Below are positions 1-9,822 of a stretch of 64,000 nt of DNA, one piece after another. The notes under the pieces are model-generated. The model had not been told where the DNA came from. It ran no database searches and was given only the letters and a program-made list of their open reading frames with translations. The DNA lies in contig CAWDVP010000001.1 in NCBI GenBank assembly GCA_963805945.1, positions 256,001 to 320,000 on the forward strand, read 5' to 3'. Numbering within the stretch: position 1 is the stretch's first letter; each line of letters begins with the position of its first letter. This DNA comes from Vulcanimicrobiota bacterium. GTDB lineage: Bacteria; Vulcanimicrobiota; Vulcanimicrobiia; Eremiobacterales; Eremiobacteraceae. The position numbers and the translations under genes were made by a program.

Positions 1-82
1 TGGCGCTGTGCGCAGCGCTCTTCCTGCGCGACGAGGCCTTGCGGCAGGCGCCCTAGCCTCGGCTGCGTGAACTAGGACGGCT

Positions 83-1198
83 ATGGGTGGACGCACGATC
101 GGCCACGCGCTGCTCGCGATCGGCGACGGCACGGCGCATCAAGGCTGTATCCGCATCGAGGGCGGCACGATCTCACGTCTCGACGACGGCCCACACCATC
201 TCGACTTCGAGCTGCCCTTCGGCAGCACCATCACGCCGGGGCTCATCGACCTGCACGTGAACGGCGCCGATCGTCACTGGTTCAACCGCGAGCCGCTCGA
301 AGCGATGCATGCGTTGGCGACCGGCGGGCCGCGTTACGGACTCACCTCGTATCTTCCCACCGTGATCACCGGACCGTGGGATCAGATGCTGCGTTCGGCG
401 CGCGAGCTGTTCCGCCAGATCGAGTTGCCGTCCGAAGGAGCGCGCGCGCTCGGCGTCCATTTCGAAGGACCGTTCCTCAACCCGATGTATCGCCGCTTCC
501 ATCCGGCCGAGCACTTGCTCACGCCTACTCCCGGGCGCATCGAAGCGTTGCTCGAGTGCTGGACGAGCGGCCGTTGCCGCGTCACGATGGCGCCAGAGGT
601 CGACGACGGTACCCGCGCCGCAGCCGAGCTACGGCGACATGGCGTGGTGCTGTCCGCCGGGCATACCGCCGCCGACTTCGCCGCGGGCGTCGCGGCGATC
701 GAGCATGGCTACCGCATCCTCACGCACTCGTTCAACGCGATGCCGGGCCTGCATCATCGGGCTTCTTCCATCTTAGTGGCATATCTGCTGGATAGCGCCG
801 CGCTGTGCGAGGTCATCGCCGACGGCGTCCACGTCTTGCCCGAGCACGTCGCGCTGCTGTATCGTCTCAAGGGGCTTAACCTCGTGCTGTCCACCGATAT
901 GATGCCCGTCGGCGCCGGGCTGACGCACGAGGGCGGCGTCGTGCGCGATCTCGACGGCGTGATCGCCGGCAGCGATCTCCGTCCGGATGCCGCGGTCCGC
1001 AACCTCATGGCGGCGACAGGCATCACGCTCGCAGAGGCGGTCGCCTGCGCGACCTGGGCGCCGGCGCGCGCGCTGGGTCTCGATGCGGAGATGGGCATGC
1101 TGCGCGAGGGGCTGCGCGCCGACCTCGCGGTGTGGGATCGGCACAACCGCATCTCGCACGTGTTCGTGGGAGGCGAGCTTGTATACGCGGACGGCTAG
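83..1198 (+). CDS. nagA: N-acetylglucosamine-6-phosphate deacetylase (amidohydrolase)
   Basis: PGLIDLHVNG, GVHFEGPFLN, AGHTAA, THSFNAM, VIADGVHV and ADL motifs typical of NagA. Confidence 0.85.
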   Translation: MGGRTIGHALLAIGDGTAHQGCIRIEGGTISRLDDGPHHLDFELPFGSTITPGLIDLHVNGADRHWFNREPLEAMHALATGGPRYGLTSYLPTVITGPWDQMLRSARELFRQIELPSEGARALGVHFEGPFLNPMYRRFHPAEHLLTPTPGRIEALLECWTSGRCRVTMAPEVDDGTRAAAELRRHGVVLSAGHTAADFAAGVAAIEHGYRILTHSFNAMPGLHHRASSILVAYLLDSAALCEVIADGVHVLPEHVALLYRLKGLNLVLSTDMMPVGAGLTHEGGVVRDLDGVIAGSDLRPDAAVRNLMAATGITLAEAVACATWAPARALGLDAEMGMLREGLRADLAVWDRHNRISHVFVGGELVYADG

Positions 1199-2229
1199 AG
1201 CGCGACGATCTCTCCCACGACCGTGCCCGCATAGTTCTTGATCTTCGGCCGTCGATGACGTGCGAGCGCGTCGAGCTGGCCGGCGTCGAGCAGCGCATGC
1301 CGCGCAAGGGTTTCGACGACGAACGGCCCGACCGCCCGATAGTTGCCGTCGGCCACTTTGACCGCGAGCCCCATACCGGCGCGCAGCGCCGACGTCGCGT
1401 GATACCCTTCGGCGCCGCCCTTGCTCAGCAGCGTGCCGTCCGCCGCCAGCATGAGGTCGGTGTCGAATCTGCCCGTGCCAGCCACGTACTGCGGAAAGCT
1501 CGTCATCGCGCGGACGACGCGCGTGACGGGCGCGCGCCACGCCGGGCCGAAGCGCTCCGGATCGGAGAATTTCGCGAAACACACGGCCGCGTTGCGCATC
1601 GGCACGCCGATGACCGGGATGCCGCAGCCATCGACGCCGATCGCCATATCGGGCTCATCGACGTCGAGCAGTGCCGCGCACGCTGAAAGGATCTCGCGCT
1701 GGGCCCGATGGTCCGGCGAACGATAGCCGTGCGGCGCATAGCCGCGATGCACCGCCAGCGCGAGGATAGAGGCGTGCTTGCCCGAGCAGTTGTTATGGAT
1801 GCGCCCCGGCTTTTCGCCGGCGGCGGCGAGCGCCGCGGCGCTCGGTTCGTGCAACGGCGGATGCGGACCGCACTCGAGCGCGCTTTCAGTCAGGCCGATC
1901 TTCGCGAGCATGCTGCGCACGGCGGCGATGTGATACGGCTCGCCGCTATGCGACCCTGCCGCGACCGCCAGTTCTTCATCGGTGAATCCGAAGCGCTCCG
2001 CTGCGCCCGAGGCGACGACCGCAGCGCAGATGAGCGGTTTGGCGGATGAGCGCATGAACGCCGGGCCGTCGATGTCGCCGGCCGCGTCGAGCAGCGTCCC
2101 ATCGGCGCGCGCCAGGGCCTTTCGGACGAAATGCTCGCTTTCGACGACACCGCCGCGCGTCACCACGACAGCAGGCGTCGTGCCTGTGTCGAACGGCGTC
2201 AAGGTCCCGACGTCGCGCTTGGCGGACAT
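1195..2229 (-). CDS. L-asparaginase II (Rhizobium etli-type) family protein
   Basis: RGGVVESEH, RSSAKP, GSHSGE, HNNCSGKH, DGCGIP, SKGGAEG, KVADG motifs; start trimmed to ATG at 2229. Confidence 0.85.
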   Translation of the reverse strand: MSAKRDVGTLTPFDTGTTPAVVVTRGGVVESEHFVRKALARADGTLLDAAGDIDGPAFMRSSAKPLICAAVVASGAAERFGFTDEELAVAAGSHSGEPYHIAAVRSMLAKIGLTESALECGPHPPLHEPSAAALAAAGEKPGRIHNNCSGKHASILALAVHRGYAPHGYRSPDHRAQREILSACAALLDVDEPDMAIGVDGCGIPVIGVPMRNAAVCFAKFSDPERFGPAWRAPVTRVVRAMTSFPQYVAGTGRFDTDLMLAADGTLLSKGGAEGYHATSALRAGMGLAVKVADGNYRAVGPFVVETLARHALLDAGQLDALARHRRPKIKNYAGTVVGEIVAL

Positions 2230-2327
2230 GCTTCGTGCCACGGCCTTCGCTGGTTCGCACAAAGGCGGCGCATCGCCTCGCATCACGCCACAGGGCGTCC
2301 CCGGCGCACCAAAGAACCGTCGAACCC

Positions 2328-3341
2328 ATGTCTTCGCCACCGCCCGGCGCGCCGACGCTTGAAGCCTCGGAGGCCGCCGCCCGCCTGCGCCCATTGAGCA
2401 TCGGCGAGATATTCGATCGCGCCTTCACCATCTATTTCCGCCACGTCCTCACCTTCGCGTCGCTCTTGCTCGTCGTCATCGTCCCGCTTTCGTTCGTGTA
2501 CTACTTCATGGCGCACGGCCTGCTCCAAGCCTATGTCGATCTCGTGTCCGACGCCTTCAAGCATCCTTCGACGCCGCCCGATCCAAGCATCATCCAGAAC
2601 GCCATCACGCCGTCGTATTTCGCTTGGGCCGGCCTATACTACGCGATCGCCTTCTTCGGGATCCCGCTCGCCAACGCGGCGGTCGTGTCCGGCGTGTCGC
2701 GCGCGTACCTCGGCCTGCCGGTGCGCTTCAGCGAATGCTATGCGGACGCGCGCAAGCGCTGGGGCTACGTGCTCATCCTCTCCATATTGTGGTTCATCGC
2801 GGTCGTCGCGGTCGCGTTCGCCGCCGGCTTCCTCATCGTCGTGGTCGTCGCGGTGTCGGTCGGGATCGGCGCGGTCCTCAAGGTCTTGGGCATCGTCCTC
2901 GGCGCGATCTTCGGCATCGCGTTCAGCATCGCGTTCACCGGCCTCATCATCATGAGCTACATGGCGTTCGCGTCCTCGTTCATCGCATGCGTGCTCGAAC
3001 AGGCCGATCCGGTGAAGTCGTTCGGCCTCGGCATCACACGCGTCTTCGGCGGTGGTCAGTTCTGGCGGTCGCTGCTGCTCGCGTTCGCCATCGGCGCGCT
3101 CGGGATCGGCTTCGTGCTCGTCGCCTATCTGATCGGCGGCCTCGCGTTTTGGCTCACCAAGTCCATCTTTCTCTTCCTCGCCGTCTTCCAGCTCACCAAC
3201 GTGTTCTTCATCGGCTTCGCCTTCGTGACGGTCGCGCTGTATTATTACGACGTGCGCATCCGCCGTGAAGGCTTCGACTTGCAGCTGCTCGCCGCTCAGC
3301 TCGCCGCCACATCCCCAGCATCGCCGCCGGCCTCGCCGTGA
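2328..3341 (+). CDS. Integral membrane protein (GDPD membrane-domain-like; LRPLSIGEIFD...YYDVRIRREGFDL)
   Basis: Several TM helices; N- and C-terminal motifs typical of the membrane protein heading DUF4129/DUF4350/MoxR operons. Confidence 0.75.
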   Translation: MSSPPPGAPTLEASEAAARLRPLSIGEIFDRAFTIYFRHVLTFASLLLVVIVPLSFVYYFMAHGLLQAYVDLVSDAFKHPSTPPDPSIIQNAITPSYFAWAGLYYAIAFFGIPLANAAVVSGVSRAYLGLPVRFSECYADARKRWGYVLILSILWFIAVVAVAFAAGFLIVVVVAVSVGIGAVLKVLGIVLGAIFGIAFSIAFTGLIIMSYMAFASSFIACVLEQADPVKSFGLGITRVFGGGQFWRSLLLAFAIGALGIGFVLVAYLIGGLAFWLTKSIFLFLAVFQLTNVFFIGFAFVTVALYYYDVRIRREGFDLQLLAAQLAATSPASPPASP

Positions 3342-4366
3342 CCCGCGCCATCGCGGCCGCTTTCGGCGGTCTTATGCTCGCGCTCGTGCTCGCGCTCGCG
3401 TCCGCGCCCGCCGCCCGCGCTGACGACGCCGCGTACCGTGCGAGCCTGCTCGCGTCGGCCGCGACCCTCGAGGCTGCCGAAAAGGTCCAACGGCAGGGCG
3501 TATCCGTGCCGGACCTCCATCTGCCGCCGGCGCCGCTGCCGGGGCCGCCGCGCTTCTCACCGTCGCTCGACGATTGGTTGCAGGCGCAACTCGCCGACGT
3601 GCGGCATGCGAAGAGCTGGCGCGAGCGCATCCGCCGCTTGCGCGAGATGTCGAAGACGCTGCGCCGCACCGCGCTCGCGGATCAGGGGGCCGGCGCCGCG
3701 CCGGCGCCGGCGCACGCGGTCGACCAGACCATCGCCTCCGTGCTCGCGCAGGCCGCCTATCACCAACAGGAATCGACGAAGCAGGCGCAGATCCACAAGT
3801 CGCTGTGGCAGCGCTTCGTCGAATGGCTGGCGGGCGAGGTCGACAAGCTGTTCAGCGCGATCGCCAACGCGGCGGCGGGCGCGCCGATCCTGGGCCAGAT
3901 CATCGTCGTACTGCTCGTCGCGGCGTTCCTCGCGCTCGTCGCCACCGTCGCATACCGGCTCGCGCGGTACTTCGCGAGCGCGCGACGGGACAGAGCAGCG
4001 GTCGACGCCGGCGAACTGCTTGAGGGTCGCCCCGACCCGGACGAACTGTACGCGCAAGCACGCGACGCGGCTGCGCGACGCCGCTACGCCACAGCCGTCG
4101 CATTCGCATTCCGGGCAAGCCTGCTCCAGCTCGACGCGAAGGGGCTCATCGCGTTCGATCCGTCGCGTACCGCGGGCGAGTATCGGCGCGCGGTGTGGCG
4201 CGCGCGATCGGGCGCGGCGGCACCCTTCGACGAGCTCGCGCACGCCTTCACCCTCGCCGCGTACGCGGAAGCGCCCACGGATGAACGCGATTGGCGCGAT
4301 GCCGATGCGGCGTACCAGCGCTTCGAGCCGTTGCTCGGCCCACGCGTGGGAAGCGGCGCGCGGTGA
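3338..4366 (+). CDS. DUF4129 domain-containing membrane protein
   Basis: Signal-like N-terminus, central TM, C-terminal SRTAGEY...F..LAHAFTLAAY motif; GTGA overlap with upstream gene. Confidence 0.7.
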   Translation: MTRAIAAAFGGLMLALVLALASAPAARADDAAYRASLLASAATLEAAEKVQRQGVSVPDLHLPPAPLPGPPRFSPSLDDWLQAQLADVRHAKSWRERIRRLREMSKTLRRTALADQGAGAAPAPAHAVDQTIASVLAQAAYHQQESTKQAQIHKSLWQRFVEWLAGEVDKLFSAIANAAAGAPILGQIIVVLLVAAFLALVATVAYRLARYFASARRDRAAVDAGELLEGRPDPDELYAQARDAAARRRYATAVAFAFRASLLQLDAKGLIAFDPSRTAGEYRRAVWRARSGAAAPFDELAHAFTLAAYAEAPTDERDWRDADAAYQRFEPLLGPRVGSGAR

Positions 4367-5598
4367 AGCAGCCGTTCCCTTGGGCTGAGACGATCATCTT
4401 GAGCTTGGCGGTCGCGTCGCTGCTGCTGATCACGTATGCGAACGCACGGCGCCAGGCGGCGCAAGCGCCGCGCTACGACACGTTCTCCTCGTATGACGCG
4501 CACACGGGCGGCTATCGCGCATGGTACGAGCTCCTCCAGCGCGAGGGCATCCACGTCACCCGCTTCGAGCGGCGCCCCGCCTTCCTCGACGATTCGATCG
4601 GCACGCTCATCGCATCCGCCAACACCATGGAGACGGTCCTGCGCGGCCAGGCCACCGGCGACGTGACCGGCTCGCTTCAGGCGATCGACATCGAGAACTT
4701 GAAGCGATGGGTCCAAGCGGGCGGCCGCCTTGTATGGGTCAGCGACGGCTCGTCGGATGAGCCGCTCGTGCAGACGTCCCTGATCGATTCCGGCCAGCAG
4801 CGCGACGACGCTGTGCCGCTGGCTCGTGCACCGGTCACTCAAGACGTGACGTCGGTATCGGGCCCCGGGCAGCGGCGCGTGGCGTACGGGGCCAACGCGC
4901 GCCTGGAGCCCCTCATCGGCGACGGTTCCGGCGCCGTGGTGGCGGACTATCCGTTGGGCAAGGGCCGCATCATCGTCGTCACGGATCAGAATCTCTTCGA
5001 CAACAAGCACATCGCCGCGGCCGGCAACGCCCAGCTCGCGCTCAACCTCGCAACCGGCGGGCCGCGCGGCTCCGTCGCCTTCTTCGAATGGGTGCACGGC
5101 TACGCGGCGGGCGGTTCCTGGTGGACCATCCTCCCCATGCCGGTGCGCGCGGCGGTGATCATCGTCCTCGTGGCCGCCCTGCTGCTGCTCGTCGGCACCG
5201 CGTTGCGCTTCGGCCCGACCGCACGTCTACCAGAAGATGCCGAGCGCACATCGGCGGAGTATCTGTCGTCGATGGCGCAGTTGCTCGCGCGGGGCAAGGC
5301 GGCGCGCAAGGCGATCGGCGACCTTGCCGCCGTCACGCTGCGCGATGTCGCGACCGCGCTCGGGCTGACGGAGCGTGCGACCGTCGCCGAACTGGTGACA
5401 CGGCTGAGCTTCGGCCAGGACGGCGAGGCCCGCGTGGAGCAGTTGCGCGAGCTCGACCGCATACGCGCGCTCGCTCATCCGAGCGACGCCGACCTCATAC
5501 GTGCGGCGCAGATATGCGCGCTCTTACGAAAGGAATACACGCGTTATGGCCGCATCGGCTTCGGTCGTCGCCCAGCGCCTCTCCGCCGGTCTGCATAA
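4363..5598 (+). CDS. DUF4350 domain-containing protein
   Basis: SSYDAHTGGYRAWYELL, WVQAGGRLV, LGKGRIIVVTD...FDN...GNAQLA motifs, C-terminal TM then RFGP; GTG overlaps upstream TGA. Confidence 0.7.
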   Translation: MKQPFPWAETIILSLAVASLLLITYANARRQAAQAPRYDTFSSYDAHTGGYRAWYELLQREGIHVTRFERRPAFLDDSIGTLIASANTMETVLRGQATGDVTGSLQAIDIENLKRWVQAGGRLVWVSDGSSDEPLVQTSLIDSGQQRDDAVPLARAPVTQDVTSVSGPGQRRVAYGANARLEPLIGDGSGAVVADYPLGKGRIIVVTDQNLFDNKHIAAAGNAQLALNLATGGPRGSVAFFEWVHGYAAGGSWWTILPMPVRAAVIIVLVAALLLLVGTALRFGPTARLPEDAERTSAEYLSSMAQLLARGKAARKAIGDLAAVTLRDVATALGLTERATVAELVTRLSFGQDGEARVEQLRELDRIRALAHPSDADLIRAAQICALLRKEYTRYGRIGFGRRPAPLRRSA

Positions 5599-6565
5599 GA
5601 TCGTCGTCGGCCAGGACGACGCGATCTTCGCGCTGCAGCTCGCGCTGCTCGCGGCCGGCCATGCGCTGATCGAAGGCGTGCCCGGCACCGCGAAGACGCT
5701 CATCGTGCGCGTGCTCGCGCTCCTGCTCGGCGCGGACTTCCGGCGCATCCAGTTCACGCCGGACCTGATGCCCTCCGACGTCGTCGGCACGACGGTGTTC
5801 AATCCCAAGAGCGGCGAGTTCTTCACCCGCAAGGGACCGATCTTCACGAACCTGCTGCTCGCCGACGAGATCAACCGGACGCCGCCCAAGACGCAGTCGG
5901 CGATGCTCGAGGCGATGGAGGAGCGCCAGGTGACGATCGACGGCGTCTCTTTCCCGCTGCCGACGCTGTTCATGGTGTGCGCCACGCAGAACCCGGTGGA
6001 ATACGAGGGCACCTATCCGTTGCCCGAGGCGCAGCTCGACCGCTTCATGGTCAAGTGCGCCACGGATTACCCTGCCGAGAGCGAAGAAACAATTCTGCTC
6101 GAGCGCGTCGCCGCCGGCTTCGACGCGCGCTTTCTCGAGCGCGAAGGCATCACGGCGCTGGTCACCGAGGGCGAGATCGAGGCGGCGCGACAGGATGTGC
6201 GTGCGGTGCACGTGGCGCCGGGACTGCGCAAATACATCCTCGACGTCGTCACCGCGACACGCCAGGCCGCCGACGTGAGCCTCGGAGCGAGCCCGCGCGC
6301 CGGCATCCAGCTGCTCGTCGCGGCGCAAGCCGCCGCAGCGATGGACGGGCGCGACTTCGCCACGCCCGATGATGTCAAAGCCACCGCGCACTTCGTGCTC
6401 GCGCATCGGCTCCTCGTCCGGCCCGAAGCGGAGATCGAAGGGCTGAGCGCTTCCGATGTGGTGAAGCGGACGTTGGACTCGGTGACCGTGCCCAAAGATG
6501 CGTCGCCGTCCGCCGCGCCTGGCGCTGCGCCGGAAGGACCCGCGCAACCGGCCGCCGGCGAGTGA
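5546..6565 (+). CDS. MoxR family AAA+ ATPase
   Basis: GHALIEGVPGTAKT (Walker A), RIQFTPDLMPSD, LLADEINRTPPKTQSAMLEAM, ATQNPVEYEGTYPLPEAQLDRF, GASPRA. Confidence 0.95.
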   Translation: MAASASVVAQRLSAGLHKIVVGQDDAIFALQLALLAAGHALIEGVPGTAKTLIVRVLALLLGADFRRIQFTPDLMPSDVVGTTVFNPKSGEFFTRKGPIFTNLLLADEINRTPPKTQSAMLEAMEERQVTIDGVSFPLPTLFMVCATQNPVEYEGTYPLPEAQLDRFMVKCATDYPAESEETILLERVAAGFDARFLEREGITALVTEGEIEAARQDVRAVHVAPGLRKYILDVVTATRQAADVSLGASPRAGIQLLVAAQAAAAMDGRDFATPDDVKATAHFVLAHRLLVRPEAEIEGLSASDVVKRTLDSVTVPKDASPSAAPGAAPEGPAQPAAGE

Positions 6566-7896
6566 AGCGGTTCGACGCCGCCTTCCCGTGGATCACCCTG
6601 CGTTTCGCGGGGTGGATGGTCGCGATCGCGTTCGTCATCGCGCTCGGCGCGGCGTGGCCTCCCCTCGTCTTATTCGGCGCTCTCGCCGCCGTCGTGCTGG
6701 CCGGCTTCGTGCTCTTCGACGTCAGCGCGGGTCCGCGCCGTGCCGACGTCCGCGTCGAACGCGAACCGCTCGAACATCTCGCGCTGCGTTCGCCCGGCGC
6801 GCTGCGCTACGCGATCGAGAACCGTTCTTCACTTCCCCTCCACTACAGCCTCGTCGACACGCCGGTGGACCATCTGCAGATGCCCGAAATGGCCCTGACC
6901 GGCGTCGTCGGAGCGGGGCGGCGCGTCAAGGTCGAACTTCCGGTGACGCCGCTCGAGCGAGGCCCGGCGGCGCTCGGGTCGCTCTACCTCAGCGCAGAGA
7001 ATCCGCTCGGGTTGGTGCAGCGGCGCTGGCGCTACGACGCAGCACAGGTCGCGCAGGTCTTCCCCGATCTTTCCGCGGTCGAGCGCTACGGCATGCTGGC
7101 GCGCCGCGGCCGGCTCGTCGAAGCGGGCTTCCGCAAGCTGCGCCTGCGCGGCGGCGGCGGCGAGTTCGACAGCCTGCGCGAGTGGCAGCCCGACGACGAG
7201 TTCCGCTCGATCGATTGGAAGGCGACCGCCCGGCGCAGCAAGCTGATGGTCGCGCAATACGACATCGAACGCAGCCAGACCGTGATGCTTGCGCTCGACG
7301 CCGGGCGCCTGATGACGCCGCGCATCGGCGGGCAGCGCAAGTTCGACTACGCGATCACCGCCGCGCTGTCGGTCGCTTCCATCGCCTCGCTCGCCGACGA
7401 CAAGGTGGGCCTCATGGCGTTCGCGGGCGACATCCGAGAACACATCGCGCCGCGTTCGGGCTCGCGCCACGTGGCGGGACTCGTGCGGCGCATCTACGAT
7501 CTGCAGCCGCGCTTCGAAGAATCGGACTACGCGGGCGCGTTCACGTACCTGCGGCGGCGCCAGCCCAAGCGCAGCCTGGTCATCTTCTTCACCGATATGT
7601 TCGACCCGGTCGCGTCGGCGAACGTGCTGTCCAACGTCGCGGTGCTCTCGCCCCGCCACCTCGTCATCTGCGTGCTGATGAACGACGAGGCGATCGAAGA
7701 CGCGTTGGGCGACGTGCCGCACACCGCGAACGACGCCTACCGCGCCTCGGTCGCAGCGACGCTGGGCGCCGAGCGGCGCAAGGCGGCGGCGCTGCTGCGA
7801 CAGCGCGGCATCGGCGTCATCGACGTGCCCGCCGCGGATCTCACGGTGTCGCTCATCAACGCCTACGTCGACGTGAAGGCCCGCAACCTGATCTGA
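6562..7896 (+). CDS. DUF58 domain-containing (vWA-like) protein
   Basis: GEFDSLREWQPDDEFRSIDWKATAR motif; directly follows MoxR. Confidence 0.9.
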   Translation: MKRFDAAFPWITLRFAGWMVAIAFVIALGAAWPPLVLFGALAAVVLAGFVLFDVSAGPRRADVRVEREPLEHLALRSPGALRYAIENRSSLPLHYSLVDTPVDHLQMPEMALTGVVGAGRRVKVELPVTPLERGPAALGSLYLSAENPLGLVQRRWRYDAAQVAQVFPDLSAVERYGMLARRGRLVEAGFRKLRLRGGGGEFDSLREWQPDDEFRSIDWKATARRSKLMVAQYDIERSQTVMLALDAGRLMTPRIGGQRKFDYAITAALSVASIASLADDKVGLMAFAGDIREHIAPRSGSRHVAGLVRRIYDLQPRFEESDYAGAFTYLRRRQPKRSLVIFFTDMFDPVASANVLSNVAVLSPRHLVICVLMNDEAIEDALGDVPHTANDAYRASVAATLGAERRKAAALLRQRGIGVIDVPAADLTVSLINAYVDVKARNLI

Positions 7897-7902
7897 TCTA
7901 GG

Positions 7903-7931
7903 TCTATGGAGCGGTCGAATTTATTCGACCG
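7903..7931 (+). repeat. REP family B (ATGGAG-CGGTCGAAT hairpin)
   Basis: TCTATGGAGCGGTCGAATTTATTCGACCG. Confidence 0.8.
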
Positions 7932-8941
7932 TTCTCTCCTTGAAACCCGAAGTAGTAGATCAGCGCGAGCGCGGTCACGGCGCCGAACATCAGCCGTATC
8001 TCGGGAGAGAAACGCTGCGGCGAGATGAACCCTTCGATGAGCGCGGCGCACATGAGCATGACGACCACGCCGCCGAAGAGCACAAGCGCTCGTTTCGAAT
8101 TCCGCACCAACGCATCGATGCGGCGCAGCCGCCCTGGGTTGAACAGCGCCGCCGACATCAAGAAGCCGGCGCCGCCCGCGATCTGGATGGCGGTCAACTC
8201 GATGACGCCGTGGGGCGCGATCGTCGCCCAGAAGTCGTAGCCGAAGCCTGCGTTCTGATACATCGCGCCGAGCCCGCCGACCATGAGGCCGTTGGTGAAG
8301 ATCATATAGGCCGTGGGCACGCCGGGCACGAGCAGCAGCAAGGTCATCGCGATGCCGTTCTCGAGCCCGAGCAGCGGCATGGGCGCGATGCCTCCGGCGA
8401 ACGCCATGGCGGCGACCCTGATGTTGTTCGTCATGATGGCCGCCGACATCGTGGACGCGAAATCGCGGTCGAACCCGAAGTTGGAATCGTGGAGCCGCTC
8501 GTGGATCGGCCGGATCCACTGCTCCGGCAGGATGACGAAGGCGTTGGTCGGATTGGCGGTGATCTGCAGATACGAGATGACCGCCGGAACGGCTGCGAGA
8601 GCGACAGCCGTGAGGATGTACCAGCGCGACCGGCGCACTTCTGCGGGGAAATCCCGGGCGAGAAAACGCGTGACGCGATTCCAACCGCCCTCCACGTTGC
8701 CGGCGTAGACGTACGCGTGCGAGCGCGCGGTCAGCCGATGGAGGTAGGCGCGCAAGCTCGCGTCGTACCTGCGCCCTTCGGCGAACGCGAGATCGGACGT
8801 CACCCAGCGGTAGAGCCGGCCGAGCTCCTCGATGGCCTCCGGTGGCAGCGCGCGCAGCCCGCGCTTCTCGGCCGTGTCGAGCAGCGCTTCGAGCCGCTGC
8901 CAGCCCGCGCGGCGCCGTTCCACGAAAACGCTCTGACGCAT
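7904..8941 (-). CDS. Stage II sporulation protein M (DUF95) family membrane protein
   Basis: IMTNNIRVA, FTNGLMVG, APHGVIELTAI, AALIEGFIS motifs. Confidence 0.85.
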   Translation of the reverse strand: MRQSVFVERRRAGWQRLEALLDTAEKRGLRALPPEAIEELGRLYRWVTSDLAFAEGRRYDASLRAYLHRLTARSHAYVYAGNVEGGWNRVTRFLARDFPAEVRRSRWYILTAVALAAVPAVISYLQITANPTNAFVILPEQWIRPIHERLHDSNFGFDRDFASTMSAAIMTNNIRVAAMAFAGGIAPMPLLGLENGIAMTLLLLVPGVPTAYMIFTNGLMVGGLGAMYQNAGFGYDFWATIAPHGVIELTAIQIAGGAGFLMSAALFNPGRLRRIDALVRNSKRALVLFGGVVVMLMCAALIEGFISPQRFSPEIRLMFGAVTALALIYYFGFQGENGRINSTAP

Positions 8942-8979
8942 GCGGGCGATTTCTTGGGGGCCGCCGAAAGCGCCTCCGC

Positions 8980-9744
8980 GTGGAACGAACCGTCTCGGTG
9001 CGCACGCCTGAGAGCATCGCCTTCTCGTATGAGCTGGCGGGCCTCGGCAGCCGCTTTTTGGCGGTCGCGATCGACATCGTCATCCAAGTCCTCATCGCGG
9101 TCGCGATCGGCTTCGCGTTCAGCCTTGCCGCCGAGCGCAGCGGCGACGTCGCGAAGACGGCGCACGTCCCCAACGCCCAGGTCACCTCGCTCGTCATCGC
9201 GATCGTCATCCTCGTGATGTTCTTGATCTTCGACGGCTACTTCATCGTTTTCGAGGCGCTGTGGAACGGGCAGACGCCGGGCAAGCGGCTCTTGGGCATC
9301 CGCGTCGTGCGCGACGGCGGCTATCCCATCGATCTCGGCAGTTCGGTGCTGCGCAACCTGATCCGCATCCTCGAGGCCGCCCTGATCTACGTCCCCGCGG
9401 CCGTCTGCGCGTTGCTCTCACCGCAGAACAAGCGCATCGGCGACTACGCGGCCGGCACGATCGTCGTCCGCGACCGGGCGTTTGAAGTGTCGCATCCTGA
9501 CACGTGGCTCACGGGCGATGCGGCGCCTCAGTTGCCGCCGCTCGTCTCCGCCGAGGCGCTCACGCCGGAGGAGTGGATGCTGGTCGATCGCTACGTCGAG
9601 CGGCGCACGAGCCTGCCGCCCGGCGTCGCCGCGGATTCTGCCGCGCGCATCGCGAGCGCGCTGCGCCCGAAGATCGGCGATGCGGGCGCATCGCTCACTG
9701 ACGACGACCTCTTGTTGCGCTTGTCCGCTTCCCGCCGCCGCTGA
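8980..9744 (+). CDS. RDD family membrane protein
   Basis: TPESIAFSYELAGLGSRFLAVAID, GQTPGKRLLGIRVV, KRIGDYAAGTIVV; GTG start inferred. Confidence 0.9.
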   Translation: MERTVSVRTPESIAFSYELAGLGSRFLAVAIDIVIQVLIAVAIGFAFSLAAERSGDVAKTAHVPNAQVTSLVIAIVILVMFLIFDGYFIVFEALWNGQTPGKRLLGIRVVRDGGYPIDLGSSVLRNLIRILEAALIYVPAAVCALLSPQNKRIGDYAAGTIVVRDRAFEVSHPDTWLTGDAAPQLPPLVSAEALTPEEWMLVDRYVERRTSLPPGVAADSAARIASALRPKIGDAGASLTDDDLLLRLSASRRR

Positions 9745-9822
9745 CAGGTCGGCGCTGCCCCGCCGCCTAAGTCGCCGAGTCGCCGTAGAACACCGGCACG
9801 TCAGACGGAGAGTGCGTCGCCT

